Below, piece by piece: positions 9,875-18,496 of a stretch of DNA of 32,000 nucleotides. Each line of letters starts with the position of its first letter. The first letter of the stretch is position 1. The stretch lies in the NCBI RefSeq assembly GCF_048300925.1, contig NZ_CP133759.1; one strand, given 5' to 3'. Source of the stretch: Thermithiobacillus tepidarius DSM 3134. GTDB taxonomy: Bacteria > Pseudomonadota > Gammaproteobacteria > Acidithiobacillales > Thermithiobacillaceae. Made by a program: the position numbers and the translations under genes. The notes under the pieces were generated by a model. It saw only the letters and a program-made list of their open reading frames with translations, did not search any database and had not been told where the DNA came from.

Positions 9875-9898
9875 AATGAAATCCAGAATGAAATCCAG
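9875..9898. repeat. Perfect 12-bp tandem direct repeat (AATGAAATCCAG x2) in the recJ-prfB intergenic spacer
   Basis: Read directly: 9875-9886 is identical to 9887-9898. It lies 26-49 nt upstream of the prfB ATG. Confidence 0.9.
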
Positions 9899-9906
9899 CA
9901 CGGCCG

Positions 9907-11637
9907 CTAGGCTGCCTCCCAATGGCTCACCCGCAACTGCACCCGGCGCTCGCCGCGATATTCGTTGATCTGCGGCACGTAAGCCAGGCGCACGTAGCTC
10001 ACCCGCGGCACCCCCAGGTGCGGCACGCCGCCGAAGTGGATGCCCTCCAGCGGTTCCGGTCCCGGCCCGCGCAACCAGAGCTTCAGATGCTTCTCTTTCA
10101 GCACCTTGGTGTCCAGCACCTCGAAGATCCCTTCGAAGAGCGGCTCGGGAAAGCCCTGTCCCCAGGGACCGGCGCCGGCCAACAGGGTAGCCGTTTCCAG
10201 GCTGATCTCCGCCGGCGCGAGCTCGCCGTCGGTTTCCAGCACGCCCTGCAAATCCTCCGGACGCAATACCCGCCGGACCTCGGCGTCGAAGGCCTCGGCG
10301 AAGGCCGGCAGGTCGCGCAGGCGCAGGGTCAGGCCGGCGGCCATGGCATGGCCGCCGAACTTGCTCAGCAGGCCCGGATGCCGGCTGGCCACCGCATCCA
10401 GGGCGTCGCGCAGGTGCAGGCCGCGGATGGAGCGCGCCGAACCCTTCACCTCATCCTCGCCGGTCCTGGCGAAGGCGATGACAGGCCGGTGCAGTTGATC
10501 CTTGAGGCGTCCGGCCAGGATGCCGATCACTCCCTGATGCCACTGCTCATCGTAGAGGCAGACCCCCCAGCGCTCGGCCAGGGCTTCGTCCTTGACCAGC
10601 GCCATCTGCGCCTCGGCGCGCATCACGTCCTCGATGGCCCGCCGCTCGCGGTTGAGCTCGTCCAGCTGGCGCGCCATGGCTCGCGCTTCCTCCAGATCCC
10701 GGCTCAAGAGGCAGCGGATGCCGATGGACATGTCGGCCAGACGACCGGCGGCATTGAGCCGCGGCCCGACGGCGAAGCCCAGATCCGCCGCGTTCAGGCT
10801 GCCCGGCGCGCGGCCGGCCACCTCCAGCAGGGCCCGCAGGCCGGGCCGCGCCTGGCCGGCATTCATGCGCCGCAATCCCTGCGCCACCAAGATGCGGTTG
10901 TTGTCGTCCAGAGTCACCACGTCCGCCACCGTGCCGACCGCCAGCAGATCCAGCAAATCCGTCAGCTTCGGCTCCGGGCGCGCCGGGCCGAAATGCCCGC
11001 GCTCGCGCAGATAGGCGCGCACGGCCGTCATCACGTAGAAGGCGACGCCAACGCCGGCGCTGTTCTTCCAGGGGAAGGGGCAGCCGGGCTGATTCGGGTT
11101 GACGATGGCGTCCGCCGCCGGCAGCTCGGCGCCCGGCAGATGGTGATCGGTGACCACCACCTGCATGCCCGCCGCCTTCGCCGCCGCCACGCCGCTGATG
11201 CTGCTGATGCCGTTGTCGACGGTCATCAGCACGTCGGGCGCGTAGTCGCGCGCCAACGCCACGATTTCCGGGGTCAGGCCGTAGCCGTACTCGAAACGGT
11301 TGGGGACGATGAAGCACGGCTCCGCCGCGCCCATGGCCCGCAGGGCGTCCATGCACAGGGCGGTGCTGGTCGCCCCGTCGCAGTCGAAATCGCCGACGAT
11401 CAGGATGCGCCGGCCGGTCCGCACCGCTTCGCCGAGGATGGCAGCGGCTTGCGCCAAGCCCCTCAGCCCCCGCTGCGGGTGAGCCGGCGGCGCCAGCGCC
11501 TCCAGGCCCAGCCGCAGCTGGGCTGCATGCGCCACCCCGCGCGCCGCATAGAGGCGGGCCAACAACGGCGGGACGCCGTCGGCCATCAATCGGGCCACGT
11601 GATCCGGTGAAAAAGGGCGCTGAATGAAAAGCGGCAT
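9907..11637 (-). CDS. recJ: Single-stranded-DNA-specific exonuclease RecJ
   Basis: DHH-family motifs are present (IVGDFDCDGATS, VDNGISS, VVVTDHHLP, GGHAMAAG). The track start at 11679 is TTG. The ATG at 11637 (MPLFIQRPF..PPLLARLYAARGV) aligns with typical RecJ N-termini. Confidence 0.92.
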   Translation of the reverse strand: MPLFIQRPFSPDHVARLMADGVPPLLARLYAARGVAHAAQLRLGLEALAPPAHPQRGLRGLAQAAAILGEAVRTGRRILIVGDFDCDGATSTALCMDALRAMGAAEPCFIVPNRFEYGYGLTPEIVALARDYAPDVLMTVDNGISSISGVAAAKAAGMQVVVTDHHLPGAELPAADAIVNPNQPGCPFPWKNSAGVGVAFYVMTAVRAYLRERGHFGPARPEPKLTDLLDLLAVGTVADVVTLDDNNRILVAQGLRRMNAGQARPGLRALLEVAGRAPGSLNAADLGFAVGPRLNAAGRLADMSIGIRCLLSRDLEEARAMARQLDELNRERRAIEDVMRAEAQMALVKDEALAERWGVCLYDEQWHQGVIGILAGRLKDQLHRPVIAFARTGEDEVKGSARSIRGLHLRDALDAVASRHPGLLSKFGGHAMAAGLTLRLRDLPAFAEAFDAEVRRVLRPEDLQGVLETDGELAPAEISLETATLLAGAGPWGQGFPEPLFEGIFEVLDTKVLKEKHLKLWLRGPGPEPLEGIHFGGVPHLGVPRVSYVRLAYVPQINEYRGERRVQLRVSHWEAA

Positions 11638-11682
11638 GGAAGGATTATGCCACGGTGCGAGCCATCTGGCTGCCTCCAAGAA

Positions 11683-11711
11683 AACAAATGCCGGCTAGGC
11701 CGGCATTTGTT
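11683..11711 (-). terminator. Rho-independent terminator downstream of the cytochrome c gene
   Basis: A 13-bp perfect stem (AACAAATGCCGGC / GCCGGCATTTGTT) with a 3-nt loop. It is followed on the minus strand by TTTTC and sits 24 nt after the stop at 11735. Confidence 0.7.
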
Positions 11712-11734
11712 GTGCTGCAAAGTGCGGCAAAATT

Positions 11735-12070
11735 TTACTGCGCCAACACCCACTTGGCCATCGCGGTCGCGTCGGCCTTGCTCAGCTGGGGATGGGGAGT
11801 CATGGGCACGCCGCCGGTCACGGCATTCCAGTTGCCGGCGCCGCCCTTGATGATCTTGTCAGCCAGCTTGCCGGCAGCAGCCTTGTCGCTCTTGTAGCGC
11901 TTGGCGACATCCTTGTAGGAGGGGCCCACCACCTTCTTGTCGACGGCGTGGCAAGCGAAACAGCCGGACTGCTTCATCAGCGCTTCGGCCTTGGGATCAC
12001 CGGCAGCATGGGCCAGGCTGGACAGCGAAAGAGCAGCAACGGCTGCGGCAACAGCGAACTTCAGTTTCAT
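11735..12070 (-). CDS. Class I c-type cytochrome (c-551/c-552, c8-like), periplasmic
   Basis: 111 aa from the ATG at 12070, preceded by GGAGG. It has a signal peptide (MKLKFAVAAAVAALSLSSLAHA), the haem motif CFACH and the distal Met in GGVPMTP. Confidence 0.88.
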   Translation of the reverse strand: MKLKFAVAAAVAALSLSSLAHAAGDPKAEALMKQSGCFACHAVDKKVVGPSYKDVAKRYKSDKAAAGKLADKIIKGGAGNWNAVTGGVPMTPHPQLSKADATAMAKWVLAQ

Positions 12071-12129
12071 GACTCCTCCGAAGATTAGTTTTTGAAAGAC
12101 CTGGTAAAGGCAGGCCACGACCTCGCGCT

Positions 12130-12157
12130 ATAATAATCAAGCGCTCGCCATTTGCAA
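12130..12157 (-). promoter_or_regulatory. Candidate sigma-70 promoter for the cytochrome c gene
   Basis: On the minus strand: -35 TTGCAA (12157-12152), a 16-nt spacer, then -10 TATTAT (12135-12130). It is about 60 nt upstream of the ATG in a locally AT-rich spacer. This is a sequence match only. Confidence 0.35.
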
Positions 12158-12196
12158 ATATGGCTTATCCATGAAAACGCGCGATCCGCCTTCACG

Positions 12197-12215
12197 TTGA
12201 CAAGCCTTGACAAGC
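12197..12215. repeat. Direct repeat TTGACAAGC x2 with 10-bp periodicity
   Basis: Read directly: 12197-12205 and 12207-12215. It lies just downstream of the stop at 12220 and upstream of the candidate cytochrome c promoter. Confidence 0.85.
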
Positions 12216-12219
12216 GGCA

Positions 12220-13266
12220 TCAGCCGCCGCGGGCCAGGGCCGACCAGGTGGTGGACACGCCCAGGCGCGGCGTGGCCAGGAAAGGCCGCGCCCGGCGCCA
12301 CCAGCGGCCCAGATCCCGGCGGCCCAACGTCAGAGCGGGCGCCGTGGCGTCATCCGCGGCGGAGCCGCCGACGATGCTCAGCTGCTCGATGGTCCCCTGC
12401 TTCAGAGCGCCGGCCAAGGGAGTCAGATACTCCGCCTCGAAGCGCAGCAGATCCCCGTCCGCCAGCGTTTCCGCGCAAACCAGCAGGTGGGCCCCATCGG
12501 CCAACCCGCTCGCCCAAACCGCCAGGTCCGCAGGGCAATCCCAGGCCTCGGCACCGCTGAAGCGGGCCAAGGCCTGCAGCAACGGATCGGCGGTCCAGAC
12601 CGAGCGCCACAGGGGCGCCGGCGTTGCGGGCAGGCTGCCCCCGCCCCAGAACCAGACGCTGTTCACGGCCGGCAGACCGGCCTCTTCCCGCGCCTCGTTG
12701 ACCGGATGGCCATGCAGGAGCATCTGCACTTCGTTGAGCAGGCCGTGCCAGTCGCGGGCGTCGGCTCCCCGCGGCAGGACCGCGTCCACGCTGCGGCCCA
12801 CCGCCGCGGCCAGCGGCGTGGTGCGCAGGGCAGGCGCTGCGGGCAGCAGCACGTACCAGCGCTCGGGATGCGGGGCGAAGCAGCGCCAACCCAGGGCGGC
12901 AAAGTGGCGGTTCAGGTCATCGATCAAGCGCTGCGCCTGCCCGGCATCGAGCGGGTAATGCCCGAGATCCATGAGCAGCAGCTGGGCGCGGCTGGGGAGA
13001 AGATGCACGGGATCCATGCGCAGCCAGAATTGGCCCGCCTGCGGAGCCAGGCCATCCGCCCAGGCGCTGACGGCCGCCGCGGGACAGTCCGCGGCCACGG
13101 GGCAGGCCAGGCCGAAGGCGGCGAACGCGCTGGCCAGCGCGTCATCGGCGCCGCCGATCAGGGAGCAGGGCTCGCTGCGCCCGGCCAAGCGGTTGAGCAA
13201 CGGTGCGGGAGGCGGATTCTGGCTGGGCGCCAGGGACGGCGCCCACAGCACCACGCGGCGGCTCAC
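12220..13266 (-). CDS. Conserved hypothetical protein translationally coupled to thrC (possibly the family annotated phosphoglycerate-mutase-like / RpfE-type)
   Basis: 348 aa. The GTG start overlaps the thrC stop (GTGA). Codon bias is coding-like. The distinctive segment is HGHPVNEAREEAGLPAVNSVWFWGGG. I cannot assign a characterised catalytic motif. Confidence 0.6.
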   Translation of the reverse strand: MSRRVVLWAPSLAPSQNPPPAPLLNRLAGRSEPCSLIGGADDALASAFAAFGLACPVAADCPAAAVSAWADGLAPQAGQFWLRMDPVHLLPSRAQLLLMDLGHYPLDAGQAQRLIDDLNRHFAALGWRCFAPHPERWYVLLPAAPALRTTPLAAAVGRSVDAVLPRGADARDWHGLLNEVQMLLHGHPVNEAREEAGLPAVNSVWFWGGGSLPATPAPLWRSVWTADPLLQALARFSGAEAWDCPADLAVWASGLADGAHLLVCAETLADGDLLRFEAEYLTPLAGALKQGTIEQLSIVGGSAADDATAPALTLGRRDLGRWWRRARPFLATPRLGVSTTWSALARGG

Positions 13267-14408
13267 CGGCCCAGGATGACCGCCTCCACCGCCGCCAGGC
13301 TGGCGTCCACGGTGATCGGCTGAGTGCTCTGGGCGATGGCGGTGTCCGGGTCCTTCAGCCCGTGGCCGGTCAGCGTGCAGACGATGCGGGCGCCGCGCTC
13401 GATGCGCCCGGCACGCAGTTGCTTGATGACCCCGGCGACGGAAGCGGCGGAGGCCGGCTCGCAGAACACGCCTTCGAACTGGGCCAGCAACTTCTGCGCT
13501 TCCAGGATCTCCGTGTCGGTGACCGCGTCGAACCAGCCGCCCGACTCCTTCTCCACCACGTGGGCCGCCTCCCAGGACATGGGATGGCCGATGCGGATGG
13601 CGGTGGCGACGGTCTCGGGCTGGTCGACGAAGCCGCCCTGGATGAAGGGCGCGCTGCCGGCGGCCTGAAATCCCAGCATCTTCGGTCGCTTGCCGGTGAC
13701 GGCATGGCCGTAGGGACAGGTGCCCTTGCAGAACACGCAGGCGCCGGTCAGGGCGTCGGCCTTGTGCTGGCGGGCATCCGAGTACTCGCAGTAGCCCATC
13801 CAGTGGGCGGTGATGTTGCCGGCATTGCCCACCGGCAGGGCGTGGTAGTCGGGCGCCTCGCCGAGCTCCTCGACGATCTCGAAGGCGGCGGTCTTCTGCC
13901 CCTGCAGACGGTAGGGATTGACCGAGTTGACGATGGTCACGGGCGCGGTCTGCGCCACTTCCTGCACCAACTGCATGCCCTCGTCGAAGTTGCCGCGGAT
14001 CTGCAGCACCACGGCGCCGTGCATCATGGCCTGGGACAGCTTGCCGAGCGCGATCTTGCCCTCGGGGATCAGCACGAAGGCCTTCATGCCGGCGCGCGCC
14101 GCATAGGCCGCCGCCGCCGCCGAGGTGTTGCCGGTGGAGGCGCAGATCACCGCCTTGGCGCCCTCCTCCGCCGCCTTGGTGATGGCCATGGTCATGCCGC
14201 GATCCTTGAAGGAGCCGGTGGGGTTCAAGCCTTCGAACTTGAAGTAGAGCTCCACGTCGTGGCCCAGGTGGCGCGGCAGGTTGACCGCCTGGATCAGCGG
14301 CGTGTTGCCCTCGCCCAGGCTCACCGCCGGGGTATCGGGATGGATGGGCAGCCAGGAGCGGTAGCGGTCGATCAGGCCGGTGTAGCGGGTGCGGATGGGG
14401 TTTTCCAT
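13263..14408 (-). CDS. thrC: Threonine synthase (short, Bacillus-type)
   Basis: 381 aa. LGEGNTPL, FEGLNPTGSFKDRGM (PLP lysine), CASTGNTSAAAAAYAA, NSVNPYRLQGQKT and LTGHGLKDP are collinear with B. subtilis ThrC as I recall it. Confidence 0.93.
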   Translation of the reverse strand: MENPIRTRYTGLIDRYRSWLPIHPDTPAVSLGEGNTPLIQAVNLPRHLGHDVELYFKFEGLNPTGSFKDRGMTMAITKAAEEGAKAVICASTGNTSAAAAAYAARAGMKAFVLIPEGKIALGKLSQAMMHGAVVLQIRGNFDEGMQLVQEVAQTAPVTIVNSVNPYRLQGQKTAAFEIVEELGEAPDYHALPVGNAGNITAHWMGYCEYSDARQHKADALTGACVFCKGTCPYGHAVTGKRPKMLGFQAAGSAPFIQGGFVDQPETVATAIRIGHPMSWEAAHVVEKESGGWFDAVTDTEILEAQKLLAQFEGVFCEPASAASVAGVIKQLRAGRIERGARIVCTLTGHGLKDPDTAIAQSTQPITVDASLAAVEAVILGR

Positions 14409-14439
14409 GCTGTCTTCCTGAAGCTTCTCGGTAAAGGGC

Positions 14440-15759
14440 TTAGCGCAGGCCGTCCAGGTTTTCCAGACGCAGGCGCACCACCGGCTGAGTGATCACCGGC
14501 AGGTTTTCGATGGCGGCGATGGCGCGGTTCAAACGGCCCTCCCGGGTGGCGTGGGTGAGCAGCACCACGGGCACGTCGACAGCGCCGGCGGGCGCCTCCT
14601 TCTGGATCAGCGCCTCGATGGAGATGCCCTCGTCCGCCAGGATGCGGGTGACCTGCGCCAATACGCCAGGCTCGTCCAGGGCCTGCAGGCGCAGGTAATA
14701 GGCGCTCTGCACTTCCGCCATGGGCAGGATGGGCAGCTCGGCCAACTGCTCCGGCTGGAAGGCGAGGTGCGGCACCCGGTTGCTGGGATCCGCAGTGAGG
14801 GTGCGGGCCACATCCACCAAGTCGGCGACCACGGCGCTGGCGGTCGGCTCGGCGCCGGCGCCGCGGCCGTAGTAGAGGGTCTGGCCCACGGCGTCGCCCT
14901 TCACCAGCACGGCGTTGAAAGCGCCCTCCACGCTGGCCAGCAGGTGACGGGCGGGCACCAGGGTCGGGTGCACGCGCAGTTCCACGCCCTGCTCCACGCG
15001 CCGGGCGAGGCCGAGCAGCTTGATGCGATAGCCCAGCTCCTCGGCATAGGTCACGTCCATGCCGTGCAGGCCGTTGATGCCCTCCACGGGCACGCTGGCG
15101 AAGTCCAGGGGAATGCCGAAGGCGATGGCGCCCAGGATGGTCAGCTTGTGGGCGCTGTCGATGCCTTCGATGTCGAAGGTGGGGTCCGCCTCGGCATAGC
15201 CCAGGGCCTGCGCCTCGCGCAGGGCCTCGGCGAAGGACCAGCCCTGCTCGCGCATCTGGGTGAGAATGTAATTGCAGGTGCCGTTGATGATGCCGCACAG
15301 CCACTCGATGCGATTGCCGGCCAAGCCCTCGCGCAGGGCCTTGATGATGGGAATGCCGCCGGCCACGGCCGCCTCGAAGGCCACCACCACGCCCTGCTGC
15401 TGGGCGGCCTCGAAGATCTCGTTGCCGTGCAGGGCCAGCAGCGCCTTGTTGGCGGTGACCACGTGCTTGCCACTGCGGATGGCGGTGAGCACCAGCTCGC
15501 GGGCGGGCTCGATGCCGCCGATCAGCTCCACCACCACGTCGAGCTCGGGGCTGTTGACCAAGGCGAAGGGATCGCCGGTCACCGCGAAGTCCACCGGGCT
15601 CACGCCGGCCAGGCGCGCCGGGTTGCGCACTGCGACCTGGGCGACGCGCACCGGCCGACCCACGCGGCGTTCGATTTCCAGGGCGTTGCGGCGCAGCACG
15701 TCCAAGGTGCCGCGGCCGACGGTGCCGAGGCCGATGATGCCGATCCGGACCGGTTCCAT
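14440..15759 (-). CDS. hom: Homoserine dehydrogenase
   Basis: 439 aa from the ATG at 15759, which overlaps the alaC stop by 1 nt (TGATG). It has the N-terminal IGIIGLGTVG Rossmann motif, the central catalytic domain (ADPTFDIEGIDSAHKL) and a C-terminal ACT domain. The 779-aa track ORF is a spurious extension into the alaC region. Confidence 0.93.
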   Translation of the reverse strand: MEPVRIGIIGLGTVGRGTLDVLRRNALEIERRVGRPVRVAQVAVRNPARLAGVSPVDFAVTGDPFALVNSPELDVVVELIGGIEPARELVLTAIRSGKHVVTANKALLALHGNEIFEAAQQQGVVVAFEAAVAGGIPIIKALREGLAGNRIEWLCGIINGTCNYILTQMREQGWSFAEALREAQALGYAEADPTFDIEGIDSAHKLTILGAIAFGIPLDFASVPVEGINGLHGMDVTYAEELGYRIKLLGLARRVEQGVELRVHPTLVPARHLLASVEGAFNAVLVKGDAVGQTLYYGRGAGAEPTASAVVADLVDVARTLTADPSNRVPHLAFQPEQLAELPILPMAEVQSAYYLRLQALDEPGVLAQVTRILADEGISIEALIQKEAPAGAVDVPVVLLTHATREGRLNRAIAAIENLPVITQPVVRLRLENLDGLR

Positions 15760-16934
15760 CAGCCCTCCCGCAGCATCTGCTTGAGCCCGCGGATGGCCTG
15801 GCGGGTGCGCTGCTCGTTCTCCACCAGGCCAAAGCGCACGTACTCGTCGCCGTACTCGCCGAAGCCGATGCCCGGGCTGACCGCCACCTTGGCCTTGGCG
15901 AGCACCAGCTTGGAGAACTCCAGTGAGCCCATGGCCCGGTACTGCTCGGGAATGCGCGCCCACACGAACATGGTAGCCTTGGGCCGCTCCACCGCCCAGC
16001 CCGCCGCGTTCAAGCCGTCGCACAGGACGTTGCGGCGATGCTCGTACATGCTGCGGATCTCCTCCACGCAGTCCTGCGGCCCTTCCAGAGCCACGATGCC
16101 GGCCACCTGCACCGGCGTGAACATGCCGTAGTCCATGTAGCTCTTGATGCGCGCCAGCGCGCCGATCAGCTTGGGGTTGCCGGCGGCGAAGCCGATGCGC
16201 CAGCCGGGCATGTTGTAGCTCTTGGACAGGGTGAAGAATTCCACGCCCACGTCCTTGGCACCCGGCACCTGCAGAAAACTCGGCGCTTTGTAGCCATCGA
16301 AGACGATATCGGCATAGGCCAGGTCGTGCACCACCCAGAGCTTGTTCTCCTTGGCGAAGTCCACGATGCGCCGGAAGAAGTCGAGATCGGTCACCGCCGC
16401 CGTCGGGTTGTGCGGGAAATTGATGACCAGCATCTTTGGGCGCGGCCAGGCGGCCTTGACCGCCTTTTCGAGTTCCTCCAGGAAGTCCATGCCGGGCAGC
16501 ATGGGCACGTGGCGCAGATCGGCGCCGGCGATGACGAAGCCGTAAGGGTGGATGGGATAGGTCGGGTTGGGGACCAGCACCGCGTCGCCCGGCCCCATGG
16601 TGGCCAGGGCCAGATGCGACAGGCCTTCCTTGGAGCCGATGGTGACGATAGCCTCGGACTCGGGGTCCAGATCCACGTCGAAGCGGGTCTTGTACCAGTT
16701 GCTCAGCGCCTTGCGCAGCCGGGGAATGCCGCGCGACACGCTGTAGCGGTGCGTGTCGCCCCGCTGCGCCGCCTCGCACATCTTGTCGACGATGTGCTTG
16801 GGGGTCGGCTGGTCGGGGTTGCCCATGCCGAAATCGATGATATCCTCCCCGCGCTTGCGCGCCTGCGCCTTCAGATCATTGACGATGTTGAAGACATAGG
16901 GGGGAAGACGGCGTATGCGTTGAAACTCGTCCAT
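15759..16934 (-). CDS. alaC: PLP-dependent aminotransferase, AlaC-type alanine transaminase
   Basis: 391 aa from the ATG at 16934. RLPPYVFN...[13 protein letters not shown]...[10 protein letters not shown]..., [17 protein letters not shown] (PLP-Lys motif) and ...[15 protein letters not shown] are near-collinear with E. coli AlaC/YfdZ as I recall it. Confidence 0.88.
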   Translation of the reverse strand: MDEFQRIRRLPPYVFNIVNDLKAQARKRGEDIIDFGMGNPDQPTPKHIVDKMCEAAQRGDTHRYSVSRGIPRLRKALSNWYKTRFDVDLDPESEAIVTIGSKEGLSHLALATMGPGDAVLVPNPTYPIHPYGFVIAGADLRHVPMLPGMDFLEELEKAVKAAWPRPKMLVINFPHNPTAAVTDLDFFRRIVDFAKENKLWVVHDLAYADIVFDGYKAPSFLQVPGAKDVGVEFFTLSKSYNMPGWRIGFAAGNPKLIGALARIKSYMDYGMFTPVQVAGIVALEGPQDCVEEIRSMYEHRRNVLCDGLNAAGWAVERPKATMFVWARIPEQYRAMGSLEFSKLVLAKAKVAVSPGIGFGEYGDEYVRFGLVENEQRTRQAIRGLKQMLREG

Positions 16935-17008
16935 GGTAGGCAGCTGCCTTCTTAATCTCAGCAAGCAAAGGGATGCAAAATAGTGTGCGGCCTAGGCGCT
17001 GTCAATGG

Positions 17009-17030
17009 GTTTTGCCCATGGGGGCAAAAC
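17009..17030. repeat. Perfect 9-bp inverted repeat GTTTTGCCC-atgg-GGGCAAAAC in the alaC / Mth938-like divergent spacer
   Basis: Read directly: 17009-17017 is complementary to 17022-17030. Confidence 0.85.
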
Positions 17031-17089
17031 TGTGGTCAACTATGGCAATCCCACGAGCCCAAAGGCCTTGCCCCGGCAGGAGATCCGCG

Positions 17090-17470
17090 ATGAAGATGCA
17101 TCTGCAGCGCAACAGCGATGCCAACCTGATTACGGCCTACGCCCCCGGCAGCATCACCATCAACGAGCATGCCCACCACAGCAGCCTGGTGGTGGCGCCC
17201 GGATGGCTGGTCTCCCCGTGGGCGCCGGCCCGCTTCGAAGACCTGCAGGCGGCGGACTTCACCGTTATCCTGGAACACCGGCCCGAGGTACTGCTGCTGG
17301 GCACCGGCAGGCGCCTCCGCTTCCCGCCGGCCGCGACCCTCGCCGCCTTCCGGGAGCGGCAGATCGGCGTGGAGGTCATGGACACTGCCGCCGCCTGTCG
17401 CACCTACAACATCCTCATGGGCGAGGACCGTGAAGTGATCGCAGCCCTGCTCCTGATCGAAACGGACTGA
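17090..17470 (+). CDS. Mth938 domain (DUF498 / NDUFAF3-like) protein
   Basis: 126 aa from the ATG at 17090, with AGGAG 8 nt upstream. The pattern I.AY..G.I.IN........S.lV.P......W........L...D......H.PEVLLLGTG.....P......F...GIGVEVM.T.AACRTYN.L..E.R.V.AAL fits the family. Confidence 0.75.
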   Translation: MKMHLQRNSDANLITAYAPGSITINEHAHHSSLVVAPGWLVSPWAPARFEDLQAADFTVILEHRPEVLLLGTGRRLRFPPAATLAAFRERQIGVEVMDTAAACRTYNILMGEDREVIAALLLIETD

Positions 17471-17475
17471 CGCCG

Positions 17476-18486
17476 CTAGAACAGGATCTCCCCGGAGAGC
17501 CCCTCGGCCTCCATGAGCTGGCGCAGGCGCGCCAAAGCCTCCACCTGGATCTGCCGGACCCGCTCGCGGGTCACCCCCAGCGCCTGGCCGATCTCCTCGA
17601 GGGTGGCCACCTCCTCGCCGTTCAGGCCGAAGCGCATCTCCACCACCATGCGCTGCTTGTCGTTCAGTCCGCGCAGCCAGGCGGACAGATGCCAGAGCAG
17701 ATCGCTCTGCTCCAGCGCCTCGAAAGGATTGAGGTTCTGCTCGTCGGGCAGGATGTCCAGGAGGGAGCGGTCGGGGTCGGAGTCGATGGGCGTGTCCACG
17801 CTGCTGGTGCGTTCGTTCAGACCCAGCATGGCGCGCACGTCCGCCACCGGCTTGTTCAATGCCTGCGCCACGTCCTCCGGGCGCGGCTCGTGGTCCAACT
17901 GCTGGCTCAGTTGGCGCGCCGCACGCAGGTAGACGTTGATCTCCTTGACCACGTGCACCGGCAGACGCACGGTGCGGGTCTGGTTCATGAGCGCGCGCTC
18001 GATGGTCTGCCGGATCCACCAGGTGGCGTAGGTGGAAAAACGGAAGCCCCGCTCGGGATCGAACTTCTCCACGGCGCGGATGAGGCCCAGGTTGCCCTCT
18101 TCGATGAGGTCCAGCAGCGGCAGGCCGCGGTTCATGTAGCGCCGGGCGATCTTCACCACCAGGCGCAGATTGCTCTCGATCATGCGTGCGCGGGCCTGGG
18201 CGTCGTTGGCCAGGACCTGACGGGCCAGGGCCACCTCCTCCTCGGCGCTCAAGAGCGGCGTATAGCCGATTTCGGTCAGATAGCGGCGGGTGGAATCCTG
18301 CTTGCCCGTGCCGCAGGCCAACGCCAGCATTTCGGCGGTGGAAGTCTCGTCGGGCGGGAAGCTGTCCGCCGCGGCGTCGTCCGGCACCTCCTCACCCGCA
18401 TTTGCTTCCGGAAGCAGCCCATCCTCTCCCTCTGCCTGGAATTCATCGGGCAAGAGAAACTCCGGTGACAGGTCTTCGTTGGTCAT
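17476..18486 (-). CDS. rpoS: RNA polymerase sigma factor RpoS
   Basis: 336-aa sigma-70 family protein ([70 protein letters not shown]). It lies directly downstream of nlpD in the conserved surE-pcm-nlpD-rpoS arrangement. Confidence 0.88.
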   Translation of the reverse strand: MTNEDLSPEFLLPDEFQAEGEDGLLPEANAGEEVPDDAAADSFPPDETSTAEMLALACGTGKQDSTRRYLTEIGYTPLLSAEEEVALARQVLANDAQARARMIESNLRLVVKIARRYMNRGLPLLDLIEEGNLGLIRAVEKFDPERGFRFSTYATWWIRQTIERALMNQTRTVRLPVHVVKEINVYLRAARQLSQQLDHEPRPEDVAQALNKPVADVRAMLGLNERTSSVDTPIDSDPDRSLLDILPDEQNLNPFEALEQSDLLWHLSAWLRGLNDKQRMVVEMRFGLNGEEVATLEEIGQALGVTRERVRQIQVEALARLRQLMEAEGLSGEILF

Positions 18487-18496
18487 GCTTCCCCCC

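Noticed and set aside
14440-16779. Apparent 779-aa fusion protein (N-terminal extension of homoserine dehydrogenase)
   Set aside because: The first ~340 aa are an off-frame read-through of the alaC region. The hom N-terminus ([15 protein letters not shown]) starts at the ATG at 15759, exactly at the alaC stop (TGATG). Similar 5' over-extensions were trimmed for exbD, the cytochrome c, the nitroreductase, the propeller gene, the PilN-like and PilO-like genes and gspF.
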